DNA of 64,000 nucleotides from Polyangiaceae bacterium (GCA_050287085.1 JBNKBE010000020.1:32001-96000); one strand, 5' to 3'. Numbered from the stretch's first letter, positions 48,515 to 59,250 are shown. Numbers and translations are program-made. Notes: generated by a model from the sequence alone, not told the origin.

Positions 48515-49120
48515 ATGAACGTGTTCCTGGTGCGGCACGCGCAGACCGAGTGGAACGTCGCCTCGCGGCTACAGGGGCAACTGGACAGCCCCCTCACCCC
48601 GGACGGGACGCGGCAGGCCGAAGCGCTAGCTGCGCGTTTGCGCCATCGGGTAACACATATCGTCACCAGCCCGCTCGGCCGCTGCTTGCAGACGGCCCAC
48701 ATCATTGCCGAGGCCAGCCAGCTGCCAGCCCCAAGTCCAGAGCCCCGTTGGTCTGAACAACACCTCGGACGCCTACAAGGCAAAGCTATCGCGGAGCTTC
48801 GAGGCGCTGACTTTGCCCAATACCTCGAGTGGAAACAGGGTTCACCAGACTTCCGTATCGAGGGTGGCGAGACCCGCAGAGACGTACTGGCCCGCAGCAG
48901 CGAGGCCCTGCAAGAGATGGCACGCGCCTGCCATGTGGAGTCCCTTTGTGTCATCACTCATGGCGGTGTACTGAGCGTCTTGCTTCGCGCCCTGCTCGGC
49001 ATCTCGCTGGAAACACCCCGCCGCTTTCGCCTCGACAACTGCGCATTCAATCACCTGCGTTACGAACACGGTAGCTTCACCGTAGAGACGCTTGGGGACA
49101 GTTCGCATTTGCGCCCCTAG
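48515..49120 (+). CDS. Histidine phosphatase (phosphoglycerate mutase-like) family
   Basis: LVRHAQTEWN...LQGQLDSPLT, SPLGRCLQTA, GGET, ITHGG. Confidence 0.92.
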   Translation: MNVFLVRHAQTEWNVASRLQGQLDSPLTPDGTRQAEALAARLRHRVTHIVTSPLGRCLQTAHIIAEASQLPAPSPEPRWSEQHLGRLQGKAIAELRGADFAQYLEWKQGSPDFRIEGGETRRDVLARSSEALQEMARACHVESLCVITHGGVLSVLLRALLGISLETPRRFRLDNCAFNHLRYEHGSFTVETLGDSSHLRP

Positions 49121-49603
49121 CTGTCCCATACTCCAGGGGACGCGGCGGGCTCATCCGCCCCTTCGAACTTGCTCGAGACCCAACGGTCCGGGCAGCACTC
49201 CGGGGCACTTCGCATTTGCGCCGCCACCGCAACCCGACGTCCGGTCCGCAAGGGTCGCGTTTGGAGCCTGGGATCTGGAGGGTTTGGGTCGAGACGCGGC
49301 GCGACGCGGTCAGACGCCTCTCGCTCCGAGTGCGCTTTTACGCTGGACTGACGTGCCGAAACGCTCCCTCTTTGCGGCCCAAGTGGAATCACCCTTGACG
49401 CACCACACGTCTAGAAACGGAGTGCTCCGTTCTGGATGCGGGCCAGATCGCATGGCTTCCGTCGAACGCACAACAGCGATAACTCGCTACAGCAGCCGAT
49501 AGCGCAGCTGATACGGTGCGCGGGTAGGCGCCACGAGCATAGCCACTGTGCCGGCACCCGAACACGCCCGCGCGACTCATCGCCCGGGGCGAGAGCGACT
49601 GAT

Positions 49604-52600
49604 ATGACAAAAGCACTTTGGACTTGGACCCTTGGATTCAGCGGAGCCCTCCTGCTGCTCCTGTCTTTGACCGGCTGCGCCGATAGCGCACCGGCCAACA
49701 CAGGCAGGGTGGTCCTCGCACTGCAAGGCGACATGTCGTTCCCCGATGACCTCGACACGTTGCGACTTCAAGCAACGATCGCGGGAGAAACAGTCGCCGA
49801 CGAACACTACGACATCGCGCCTACAGGACGCACCCAACTGCCAGTCACCCTCGAGCTCGGTGAAGGCTTCGGTCCCCGTTCAGAAGTCACGGCCACCCTC
49901 CTCGGTCTCTCCAAGGGCCGCACTCTCACTCTGGCCCGTGCTCAAACAACCTTACCTGAACACGGAAAGCGACTGCTGCACCTTGCCGCGCAGTGGCTGT
50001 GCCGCGAGCCGCTAGAGGGCACGGATCCCAAGACTACTCGCGGCCAGTGTCGCGACGACGAAACATGTGTCGCTGGCAAATGCGCCAGCGCTCGGATCGA
50101 CGTCGCATCGCTCCTTGAAACCGACGGGAGCGGCATCTTGGGTGACGGATCGGAAGATGGCGGCACAAACACGTGCTTTCCGACGGTGGAGTGCTTCGCT
50201 GGAGGCGTCGATCTCGCGGTCGGCGGCGACTGTACGGTGGAGCTCAACGTGCCGACGGAGGGAGCTCCAAACTTCGGTCTCGTGATGGCCCCAGGGCAGG
50301 GCGGCATCGGCGAAGGCGAAGGCGAAGGCGAAGGCGAGCACTACATCCCGCTGAATGAAGGCCAACTAGGATGGCTGCGCCTAACGCGGCGAGGGGCGAC
50401 GCGAGTCAAAGCCCAACTCCCCACGGCCGTCTGTGATGAACTCAAAGCAGGTACCGTTGTGGCAGTGAGGGGGACTGCCACCTGCCCAACGAAGACACTG
50501 GCGCTGCCAACTTGTGGTCCATGGTCGAGCGTCGACGACAAAGTGGAGGTGGCCGTTTTGCACAACGCCCCCCCGCCTGAAGAGCCGCGGGACGCTGCGA
50601 CTCCCACGGACGCTGGGGCTCCAGGCGACGCTGCCATTCCAGGCGACGCAAGCGCCCCCGCATCTCCCACCGACCCGCCCCCCCCTACGCTCATCATCGA
50701 ATTTCCCACGGGTGAAGCGCCCGAAAACCTGCCGCCAGGCGCATCGATCCAATTGGAGATCCCCGGCATTCCCCCGGCGGACGCAGCCTGGACTTCGGAC
50801 GACGAGGCCGTGGCAACCGTCTCAAAGGACGGTGTCCTGACAACCCACGCACCCGGAACGGCCATCATCCGAGTCACAAGTAGCGCAGGCTCCGGCACCG
50901 TGTTGATCACCGTTGCCGACTCGGGACTCGGCGTCGTCATCAGGTCCAAGCTGGTCGAGCTCACGATCGTGTTCGATGGGACAGGACAATCCTCGTTGCT
51001 TGTAGACGAGACGCTTCAACTGAGAGCGTCGGGCACCTACACAAACGGGGACGTTCGCGACGTGACCGCCCAAGCCACTTGGTCTTCGAGCGCAAGCGAC
51101 GCGCTAGAGTTCACTAGCCCCGGAAATATACTGGGATTGAGCCCCGGCACCGCACTGGTTCGGGCCGAGCTCGACGGCGTCGCAACAAGCCTGGTGGTGA
51201 GCGTGGGTGAGGCCGCGGAACCCAGCGCTGACGCTGGAAGCACGCCCCGTCCCATACCAGTTGCCCTGACAGCTAGCGGTCTGAACGGCCCCCTCTGGCC
51301 CGGAGAAAGCGCCTCCCTGATAGCGCAAGCCACCTACGACGACGACAGCGTCAGGATGGTTACCACCGACGTCGCTTGGCGCAGCGACAACGAGAGTGTC
51401 GTTCGCGTTTCCGCAGGCGGAATCGTTTCGGCGCTGAGCGTTGGCACGAGCACCATTCACGGCACCTGGAACAACCTGTCGCTAGCGCTCGAGGTAGATG
51501 TCGTGGCCGCCGAATTGGTCACGCTCACCCTGGCTCCGATCGAACCTTTGCCCGCTGGCCTCGGCGAACAGCTCTTGGTTGTGGGCAGCTACGGCGACGA
51601 TACAGAACAGCCCCTGACCTCCGGACTGTCGTGGAATAGTAGTGACGAAGGTGTCGCGACCGTGTCACCCACCGGTTTGTTGACCGGCATCAACCCGGGC
51701 GCAGTGACGGTCGAGGTTGTGGACGAAGCAAGCGGACTATCCGACGCGATCGACGTGATAGTCACCGACGTTGTCCCAGTGAAACTCTCAATCCCGGCGA
51801 TTGAAGCCGTTCCAGCTGGCATGTCAACGTCGCTTGAAGCGCTCATGACACTCAGCGACGGTAGCGAGCGCGTCGCGCCCCACGGTGGCGAAACCGGGGT
51901 GCAGTGGAGCAGTGGTGATACCACCGTGGTCTCTGTCACGAGTGCCGGGAGCGCAAAGGCGCTCATTCCCGGGACGGCCAAGGTCGTTGCAACCCTCGGC
52001 GACCTCTACGCCGACGCCGAGTTTCAAGTCACAAGCGCCATCCCGGTAGCACTGACCTTATCCCCCGCCCGCGCCCAAATGGCGGTTGGAGATAAGCTCA
52101 GCCTCACGGCCCAAGGCAGCTACAGCGACGGCAGCACCGAGGATGTTGGCAAGGCCGCCACGTGGACCACCGCCGACGATACTCTCGCCAGCGTAAGCGC
52201 AGGTGTGGTTACCGCCGTGAAGCCCGGCGCGACCTCCGTGACTGCCAGCTGGAACGGCTTCGTCGCCAAGTCCGAGCTCACGGTAGAGCAGGCGCCGTCT
52301 CCCTTTGAGCTGTTGATGGTCGACGATAGCGGCATGCATCAGCCAAGTCGCCCCTACCAGTACCAGTCCGTCCGCTACGCCCTCGTTCAGACCCGCTCGA
52401 ACACCGTAGTGGCGTCAACGCTGAAGGTCGAAGGCGGAGAGCTGCTCTCGAGCAACCAGGGGATCCATACGGTGCGCTTCAACGCCCAATCGGCCTCATT
52501 GGTCGTTGGCTACCAAAGCGAAACCTACGTCCTCGATGTGCAGCCCCTTCCGGCACAGAAGCTACACTTCGCGACGGATGGCAGCCTCATTCCCGTCGCA

Positions 52601-53953
52601 TGGACGGTTCCGTGGGGTACTCGCTATTCCCCGCAATTCGTGTTCGAATACGAAGACGCAACCCACCACACGGCCCCCTCAGACCTCTCGGTCACGCTCA
52701 GCGTGGTCGGCGCGGGCTACGCGGCAGGAGTGGTTGCCTTCGATGAAGCCGCCAGCGCACGTCTGCAAGCGTCGTTCGGCAACCTGTCCACAACAACAGA
52801 CGTCACCGTCGAGGCCGTAGCGCTCGCCCTCGACTTGGTGCTGCGCGATCCTTCAGAAACGCTCTTGCCGCCGGAAGCCACCTTTCCGGTCGGCACGATT
52901 CTAGAAGTAAGCGTCCGCGCCTCGCTCCGCAATGAACCCGCGCGCGACGTCACAGCCCAAGCCCGCTGGACGCCACAAGATGCGGTAGAAGGCGTTGCCG
53001 GAGCACCGCCCCTAGCCCGTTTGAGGCTCGCCACCGCAGGCTCAAAGACCTTCGCGGTGGCTTGGGGCGGCATCGAGCGCAGCTACACCGTGACCGCTAC
53101 GGCTCCGACGCCACCCCAAGTGGTGGTGACCCCGTCGCTCTTGGTGGCCGAGGTTGGAACTGACGCCGCATTCCGAGCCCAGTTGAAATCGGACAACGGA
53201 AGCGTCGACATCACGGATGACGCGACGTGGCCCACGATCCCGGGACTCACCATGGGGGCTCCGGGATCCTACCGCATCGGATTGGCGACGACACTTCAAG
53301 ACTATCCCATTACGGTCAAGTACGAAAAGGCTCCGTCCACCCCCGCAACCGCGACGCTGCGCGTCGTCGCGCGGCAGCCCCAGCTGCTCATCGTCAACAA
53401 AGACGACGGGGCCCCCGGCCCACTCGCAGTCGACGCTGGTGAGACCTGGCACCTCTTGCTCGTAAACAACGATCAGTCGATACGAATCCCGGCATCCAAG
53501 GCGACCTGGAGCGTGAGCGACGGCATCACGTTCGAGGGACGGTCTGGTCACGCCGTTGGGAGGAGCGTCGGCGATTGGGTGATAAGTGCCACCTACACTT
53601 CCGACGCTGGCCCCCTCGTCGCCCAGGCCACCGTCAAGGTCGAACCCACTTGGCGCTTCTCGCCCGATATCTCCCAGCTGCCGATGAAAGGGTCGACCAC
53701 AATCTCCAGCGCCACGATGTTGGTAGCGCCAGGGGTCGCTGTCGAAGCACACGTCCTCTCAGCCCAAGGGCAAGTCAGTCTCAGTCCCGATGACGACCGA
53801 ACGCTCCTAACGCAGGACGCGGGCTCCGGTTCGGTGACCTTTGAGGCGACCTACAACACCAAGGTGTACACCTACCTACAACCAGTCACAGTGCTGCCGA
53901 TTCAGCTAGCAGCAACGGAACCTAGCACCAGCCCCGGGTCCGTCATCCCGTAA
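49604..53953 (+). CDS. Large surface lipoprotein with a Cys-rich N-terminal domain and tandem bacterial Ig-like (Big_2-type) domains
   Basis: Lipobox LTGC; repeated W-x-S-x-D/N-x-x-V-A-x-V-S...G...PG/VG units and Y-x-D/N-G motifs; Pro-rich linkers. Confidence 0.82.
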   Translation: MTKALWTWTLGFSGALLLLLSLTGCADSAPANTGRVVLALQGDMSFPDDLDTLRLQATIAGETVADEHYDIAPTGRTQLPVTLELGEGFGPRSEVTATLLGLSKGRTLTLARAQTTLPEHGKRLLHLAAQWLCREPLEGTDPKTTRGQCRDDETCVAGKCASARIDVASLLETDGSGILGDGSEDGGTNTCFPTVECFAGGVDLAVGGDCTVELNVPTEGAPNFGLVMAPGQGGIGEGEGEGEGEHYIPLNEGQLGWLRLTRRGATRVKAQLPTAVCDELKAGTVVAVRGTATCPTKTLALPTCGPWSSVDDKVEVAVLHNAPPPEEPRDAATPTDAGAPGDAAIPGDASAPASPTDPPPPTLIIEFPTGEAPENLPPGASIQLEIPGIPPADAAWTSDDEAVATVSKDGVLTTHAPGTAIIRVTSSAGSGTVLITVADSGLGVVIRSKLVELTIVFDGTGQSSLLVDETLQLRASGTYTNGDVRDVTAQATWSSSASDALEFTSPGNILGLSPGTALVRAELDGVATSLVVSVGEAAEPSADAGSTPRPIPVALTASGLNGPLWPGESASLIAQATYDDDSVRMVTTDVAWRSDNESVVRVSAGGIVSALSVGTSTIHGTWNNLSLALEVDVVAAELVTLTLAPIEPLPAGLGEQLLVVGSYGDDTEQPLTSGLSWNSSDEGVATVSPTGLLTGINPGAVTVEVVDEASGLSDAIDVIVTDVVPVKLSIPAIEAVPAGMSTSLEALMTLSDGSERVAPHGGETGVQWSSGDTTVVSVTSAGSAKALIPGTAKVVATLGDLYADAEFQVTSAIPVALTLSPARAQMAVGDKLSLTAQGSYSDGSTEDVGKAATWTTADDTLASVSAGVVTAVKPGATSVTASWNGFVAKSELTVEQAPSPFELLMVDDSGMHQPSRPYQYQSVRYALVQTRSNTVVASTLKVEGGELLSSNQGIHTVRFNAQSASLVVGYQSETYVLDVQPLPAQKLHFATDGSLIPVAWTVPWGTRYSPQFVFEYEDATHHTAPSDLSVTLSVVGAGYAAGVVAFDEAASARLQASFGNLSTTTDVTVEAVALALDLVLRDPSETLLPPEATFPVGTILEVSVRASLRNEPARDVTAQARWTPQDAVEGVAGAPPLARLRLATAGSKTFAVAWGGIERSYTVTATAPTPPQVVVTPSLLVAEVGTDAAFRAQLKSDNGSVDITDDATWPTIPGLTMGAPGSYRIGLATTLQDYPITVKYEKAPSTPATATLRVVARQPQLLIVNKDDGAPGPLAVDAGETWHLLLVNNDQSIRIPASKATWSVSDGITFEGRSGHAVGRSVGDWVISATYTSDAGPLVAQATVKVEPTWRFSPDISQLPMKGSTTISSATMLVAPGVAVEAHVLSAQGQVSLSPDDDRTLLTQDAGSGSVTFEATYNTKVYTYLQPVTVLPIQLAATEPSTSPGSVIP

Positions 53954-54033
53954 AGAACAGCGCACAGTCCCGGTTCAGGTCTACCGATCACGACCCGCTA
54001 CAGAAGGGTGGCAAGCAGCCCGTTCTGAGAGAG

Positions 54034-54477
54034 ATGCACCCGGCACCCACCATCGTCTACGAGGTCATCAGCGAACCGAAGCTGGTCCTCACCGTGCAGC
54101 TTCAGGCCAGTCCACGGGACGACGAGTGGTCGAGGTATCTCGACGTGGTCTTCAGCCAGGGGCGCGAAAGACTGGCGTGGAGCACCCTCGTCGTCTCCCA
54201 CGGTGGCCGCCCTTCCCGATCGCAGATCGCCCAGCTTCAGCAGCGCGCCGCGACAAGCAAGCCAGCCCCCGTCGCGATGGTAACCGATTCACCTGCCATT
54301 CGCTTCATCGTCTCGGCGCTCTCCTTATTGAACCCACGTCTCCGCGCTTTTCGGCTCAGCGATCTGGAACTGGCGCTAGAGTACATGCAGGTCCCATCCG
54401 CGCGCCGGCAATTAGTGCGCGACACTCTTGTTTGCCTCGAAACAGCTCTCAGAGACGCGCAAAACGTCGCGGCATAA
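54034..54477 (+). CDS. Hypothetical protein, STAS/SEC14-like (myxobacterial type)
   Basis: P-x-DDEW...Y, LVVSHGGRPS...Q, VAMVTDS...IRFIVSAL...NP, AF...ALEY. Confidence 0.6.
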   Translation: MHPAPTIVYEVISEPKLVLTVQLQASPRDDEWSRYLDVVFSQGRERLAWSTLVVSHGGRPSRSQIAQLQQRAATSKPAPVAMVTDSPAIRFIVSALSLLNPRLRAFRLSDLELALEYMQVPSARRQLVRDTLVCLETALRDAQNVAA

Positions 54478-54589
54478 TCTGCGTGGGTCCCTCACCCATG
54501 GTCACCGCTCAACCGCTGGGACGTGTCGGCCCAAGGCGCCCAAGAGCAAGAGACTTGCGCGAACACAGACGCTCACAGAAGCTCGCTTC

Positions 54590-54973
54590 ATGGTGTGCAT
54601 CTATGGCTTGGCAGGCCGCCTCGACCCCATCAAGGCGCAACTCTCAGACGTCGTCCATGGCGCGATCTGCGCCACGCTCGGGCTACCGGAGGACAAGCGG
54701 GCTCACCGCTTCTTCCCGATGGCAAGAGACGACTTCTATGCTCCTGCCGGGCGCAGCGACGCGTACACGGTGATCGAAATATCCATCATGCAGGGGCGCT
54801 CCGTCCAAGCGAAGAAGGCGCTCATCAAGCAGCTCTTCGAGGACCTGCGGTCGCGGCTAAACATCTCCCCGGTTGACGTTGAAATCACCCTCTTCGAGCA
54901 GCCTCCTCATTGCTGGGGCTTCCGAGGTATGACAGGCGACGAAGCCAAGCTGGGCTACAACGTCAACGTCTAG
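54590..54973 (+). CDS. Tautomerase-family protein
   Basis: IYGL...LSDVVH...LGLPEDKRAHRF, RSDAYTVIEI...GRSVQAKKALI, WGFRG. Confidence 0.85.
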   Translation: MVCIYGLAGRLDPIKAQLSDVVHGAICATLGLPEDKRAHRFFPMARDDFYAPAGRSDAYTVIEISIMQGRSVQAKKALIKQLFEDLRSRLNISPVDVEITLFEQPPHCWGFRGMTGDEAKLGYNVNV

Positions 54974-55012
54974 AGAGCTGCGACCGGGAGCTCGTGCCAG
55001 ACTTCGCTTGGC

Positions 55013-56197
55013 TCAGCCAAAGCGAACGCTATAGATGGGGGGCAGGTTGTTGGCGAGCGTGCGCCAGGTCTCGCCGCGATCCTCGCTCAGGTAGAGGTTC
55101 CCGGTGGTGCTGCCAAACGCAACCCTATCGTCGCAGACACTCAGCGCATGACGGTACACAACGTCATAGGCATTATCTTGGGGCAGTCCGGTGCGAAGCT
55201 GTTGCCAACTCTCACCACCGTCTTGAGTTCGAGCTACAAAGAGGCCCCCATCCAACGCCATACGCTTCTGGTCGGACACTCCAGGCACCACCCACGCCGT
55301 CCTGCCGTCTCTCGCGTCTGCCGCAATCGGGAACCCGAAGTGCACACCTTTTTCCGGCTGGCTCACCTTCTTCCAGGAAGTCGCCCCATCCGAGCTATAG
55401 AAGACACCGCAGTGGTTCTGCTGCCAGACGTGTTCCGGCGCCGCGGCACAAGATTGCACATAGTGGGCGTCATGCCCCCACTCAGCATTAGGATCGGGCA
55501 AGTAGTCGTTGGTCATGCCGCGATTGCTGCCGCGCCAAGTCTGCCCGCCATCATCGCTGGACAACACGCCAGCGGTTGAGATGGCGACGCGGATTTTGTC
55601 GGGAGCCCCAGGGTGAATATCAATGGAGTGGATGCCAGGCGCGAACTCCCCCCCTTCCGAAGCCGGAGTACCAAACCAATGGGTGGCACGGTCGCGCAGC
55701 TCCTGCTCCGTCAACGCTCCAACGAATAGGTTCCCGCCGCGGCTGTAGTGATCCCATAGGGGGCGATTGAGCTCAAACGAAGCGCCTCCGTCGCGAGACA
55801 CAAAAAGCCCGCCGGGGATAGTTCCCACGTAGACATGCCCCGGTGCACCAAAAGCAATAACCCAGAGCTTGAGCAGAACTGCGTCCCGCAGTGTGAAACG
55901 CGTTGGCTCGTCTTCGCCCTCCTCACCTGGGTTCGGTGGCGCCAAGTAGCGAGCTCCCTCAGGGTACTTGACTTGGGCCGCATCGCTCCAGGTTTCTCCG
56001 TAGTCTGTCGAACGGGATAGTTTGGCACCCCAATGCCCAAACCCAAGCGCGGCCCAAAGATCACCGCTATTCGGATCGGCGACGAGAAAGTTGACGCTCG
56101 TACCAGCGTGCCCGATCAGGCGCGGCCGGTAGCCCGTCACACCGGACTCTGCGACGAAACTCCCCTTGCGGGTCCCAATCAGTATCCGAGCTGCCAT
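55013..56197 (-). CDS. Cytoplasmic BNR/Asp-box repeat beta-propeller protein
   Basis: Asp-boxes STDYGETW, SRDGGASF, SDDGGQTW, SSDGATSW, TQDGGESW, SEDRGETW; no signal peptide; HVWQQNHCGVF, FGFPI. Confidence 0.88.
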   Translation of the reverse strand: MAARILIGTRKGSFVAESGVTGYRPRLIGHAGTSVNFLVADPNSGDLWAALGFGHWGAKLSRSTDYGETWSDAAQVKYPEGARYLAPPNPGEEGEDEPTRFTLRDAVLLKLWVIAFGAPGHVYVGTIPGGLFVSRDGGASFELNRPLWDHYSRGGNLFVGALTEQELRDRATHWFGTPASEGGEFAPGIHSIDIHPGAPDKIRVAISTAGVLSSDDGGQTWRGSNRGMTNDYLPDPNAEWGHDAHYVQSCAAAPEHVWQQNHCGVFYSSDGATSWKKVSQPEKGVHFGFPIAADARDGRTAWVVPGVSDQKRMALDGGLFVARTQDGGESWQQLRTGLPQDNAYDVVYRHALSVCDDRVAFGSTTGNLYLSEDRGETWRTLANNLPPIYSVRFG

Positions 56198-56265
56198 AAC
56201 AACCTCCGGCGTGTGACGCTAGCCTCCTCCGGATGTTGACGCAACGGGTTGTGTGCCTCCCGCCA

Positions 56266-56544
56266 TCAACCCCCACTCAAGGCCTGCGCGATGAATACGC
56301 GACTCGAGGGTGCCACCACGTCCCGCAGAGCGGTACGATCAACCACCAATTGGTCATCCACGAAGATGTTGACATGGCGCCTCAGCCGGCCCCGTTCATC
56401 ACAAATGTAAAAGCCGACGCCCGGAGCCAGCAACTCCAGTTCGGCCACCAAGGCTGCAACCGTGGTGCCTTGCAGATGAAAAGGTCCCTCGCGGAGGGAC
56501 GGAAAGAGCGCCGGCAAATGGCGAGTAAAACTCACTTCGGCCAC
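56266..56544 (-). CDS. MoaD/ThiS-family ubiquitin-like protein (C-terminal Gly-Gly)
   Basis: GTTVAALV, DERGRLRRHVNIFVD, ends QALSGG-stop; start placed at GTG 56544. Confidence 0.88.
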   Translation of the reverse strand: MAEVSFTRHLPALFPSLREGPFHLQGTTVAALVAELELLAPGVGFYICDERGRLRRHVNIFVDDQLVVDRTALRDVVAPSSRVFIAQALSGG

Positions 56545-56993
56545 CGACGGAGTCTGCGCTCCCCCCTCGTTCGGGGCAATACTTTTCCCTACTGGCAAGC
56601 TCGAGTGGGCCTACGACAACCTCGCGAGGCGCGTCTGCTGCGCTCACAGATGCTTTCTGGCGGCCTCACCGCTAAGCTCCGAGCGGCCGCGGGGGCCGTC
56701 GGAACAGCGCGACCGACTGCCCCCTGGCACAGCTGCATCCGCCCTATGCCACGCTCCGAACCCACGCGGGCCGCCGGGGCTTGTGTGACTCCCTAAGGCT
56801 ACCAGCCCCGTTTCCGGGCAGACCATGCACTGCTCCCCCCCCCGTAGGACCCCGCGGCAAGGCAAACGGCTCACGGTCGACTCATACCAGCCGGACCGCG
56901 TACCAGCCGAAACGCGGGCGACCGGCGGAGTCGGCGGAGACCTGCAATGGACTTTTGAACGCCCGTCCGATCCTTGCTACGACTCGTTCAGTC

Positions 56994-58136
56994 GTGTCAA
57001 AAGCCGCCCTGCAAAACCGGATCGTAGCGCTGGACGGAGTGCGTGGGGTCGCAATCCTGATGGTGATGGCGCTGCACTTCTTGTGCAGCATGTCGCGCGG
57101 GGGAGACGCGCTGGATCGAATCCTCGGGAAGCTGGCGTCTTATGGCGTCTATGGCGTTGACCTCTTCTTCGTGCTGTCCGGATTCCTGATTACCGGGATT
57201 CTGGCGGACACGAAGGGTCGCCCCAACTACTTCAAGTCGTTCGTTCTTCGAAGAACGTTGCGCATCTTCCCATTGTACTACGGCGTCGTGGCCCTCGTGG
57301 TTGTCGCGCCACATATTGGGGTCACCGACGCCGTGGCCCCCCATCTCGCCGAGGTTGGGGCCGTGCAAGGCTGGCTGTGGTCGTACCTGACCAATTTCTA
57401 CCTCGCGACAACAAACTCCTTCAGTATTCCCTACGTATCCCACTTCTGGTCGCTGGCCATTGAGGAGCAATTCTACCTGGGTTGGCCGCTCCTCATCGCC
57501 CTGCTCTCGCGACGGGCTGCGATGAATACCTGTCTGGTGTTGTGTCTGCTTGCGCTTGGCGCCCGACTCGGCATCGTCTGGGGCACAACCAACCCACCGC
57601 TTGCGCACGTCGTCCTGACCCCCTGCCGCCTCGACACCTTGTGCGCTGGCGCATGGTTTGCACTGCTGCTGCGAAGTGATCGCGGGATATCTCAAGCCGC
57701 CCGAGCCAGTCGGCTTGCCTTCTTTGGTGGAGGGGTTCTAGTCGTCGGCCTATCCGCAGCTCATCTGCTGCTAAGGGGTAGTCCCATAGCTCAGAGTTTC
57801 CGCGGACTAGCGCTCTCCGTCTTCTTCGCTGGGTTCATCTGCTACATCGCCATCTCGGACTCAGGCAATCCACTGCGCCGGTCGATGGAGCTCGGGTGGC
57901 TCGGGTGGCTCGGCAAGTACAGCTACGGACTCTACGTATTCCACGGCATAGTAGCCTTCCTGATGGAAGAGCTCGATACACTCAGGGAGGTCGTTGCTAT
58001 CGTAGGCGCCCCAGGGCTCGGACTGGTCGCGCATGCTCTGCTCGGCACGGCACTGTCCGTCGGCATTGCGGTTGTCAGCTATGAGGTCTACGAGAAACCC
58101 TTCCTGCGCCTGAAGTCGCTCTTTCGTGCGGGGTAA
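56994..58136 (+). CDS. Acyltransferase family 3 (OafA-like O-acyltransferase)
   Basis: LDGVRGVAIL...H, GVDLFFVLSGFLIT, RRTLRIFPLYY, HFWSLAIEEQFY, GKYSYGLYVFH. Confidence 0.93.
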   Translation: MSKAALQNRIVALDGVRGVAILMVMALHFLCSMSRGGDALDRILGKLASYGVYGVDLFFVLSGFLITGILADTKGRPNYFKSFVLRRTLRIFPLYYGVVALVVVAPHIGVTDAVAPHLAEVGAVQGWLWSYLTNFYLATTNSFSIPYVSHFWSLAIEEQFYLGWPLLIALLSRRAAMNTCLVLCLLALGARLGIVWGTTNPPLAHVVLTPCRLDTLCAGAWFALLLRSDRGISQAARASRLAFFGGGVLVVGLSAAHLLLRGSPIAQSFRGLALSVFFAGFICYIAISDSGNPLRRSMELGWLGWLGKYSYGLYVFHGIVAFLMEELDTLREVVAIVGAPGLGLVAHALLGTALSVGIAVVSYEVYEKPFLRLKSLFRAG

Positions 58137-58197
58137 CGCCAGACCTGCTAGCTCGGCCGGCTATGGCGCCACTTCGAACGACATCGAGGGTCCCGCA

Positions 58198-59115
58198 ATG
58201 ATGAAGAACCGCCATACGCACTTCCCCGGCCGCCGACTGTCGCTTCTGCTCATATGCGCTATTCAGGGCACCACTCTCAGCAGCGCGGTGGCCGCTGAGA
58301 GTGACCGTGACGAGCCCTACCCGGCCATGTTGCCCGCTGCGCCAGCGGGTAGTGCCCATCCCGCCGCAGCCAGAGCCCTCGCCGATCTCGGGGTTTTCAG
58401 TATTGCTGCCGCTGGTCTGTGGGGAGCTGCCCTCACCATGGAAAGCGATCGCAGTGGCAAGGGCAACACGCCCCATGCCCTCGATCTGACTGCGGCACGC
58501 TGGAGTAATCTGACGGCCGTGGGGGGTCCCGGACTGCTCGGCGCCACGGCTCTGCTATTGGACGGCTCTCGTCTCAACTGGAAAGCGGAATCTTGGAACT
58601 CCGTGGTCGTTGCGGCGGAAAGCATCGAGCTGGCTATGGGCCTCAATCAGATACTCAAGCGCACAGCGGGTCGCTGTCGTCCGGTAGCTTGGCGCCGCGA
58701 TGCAAACGGGAATCGTCACTGTGACCCAGACGCCGTCCCATCCGCGCTCGATCCCGATCCAGACGCCGCCTATCTGTCGTGGCCCTCCGGTCACGTTACC
58801 GGTATTGCAGCTGCCACCGGCGCCTACCTGGGCCTAAGCGCAAAAGCGAGCTACTACGGAACCCCGGTGTGGCAGTACTGGCTCGCCTCGGGCATTGGGG
58901 GAGTGCTGACCCTGACGACAATGTGGCTTAGGGTACGTGCGGGAGCCCACTCTTGGGACGATACGCTGGGGGCTGCGTCGATCGGCATATCTCTGGGGGC
59001 TGCTGTGGCGCTCATACACCCCCTCGCCGGTGGCCCCGCGCGCGAAACGAGCGAGCCCGCGAGCTTGCGACTCGATGCGGCGCAGAACGGCATCACAGTG
59101 AGTGGTTCTTTCTGA
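58198..59115 (+). CDS. PAP2-family phosphatase
   Basis: C1 KRTAGRCRP, C2 PSGH, C3 RVRAGAHSWDD. Confidence 0.87.
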   Translation: MMKNRHTHFPGRRLSLLLICAIQGTTLSSAVAAESDRDEPYPAMLPAAPAGSAHPAAARALADLGVFSIAAAGLWGAALTMESDRSGKGNTPHALDLTAARWSNLTAVGGPGLLGATALLLDGSRLNWKAESWNSVVVAAESIELAMGLNQILKRTAGRCRPVAWRRDANGNRHCDPDAVPSALDPDPDAAYLSWPSGHVTGIAAATGAYLGLSAKASYYGTPVWQYWLASGIGGVLTLTTMWLRVRAGAHSWDDTLGAASIGISLGAAVALIHPLAGGPARETSEPASLRLDAAQNGITVSGSF

Positions 59116-59250
59116 ATACGGATCCTTCATGGCTAGGATCTGAGTACACGCCGCGGCGCGAGGCTGGCCAAGGGCCCCCGCATGGGTAAGTCGGTCGCGA
59201 GCCGGTCGAGACCGCCTTACCCATCAACGCTTCGCCCACAGGCTGGGGCC

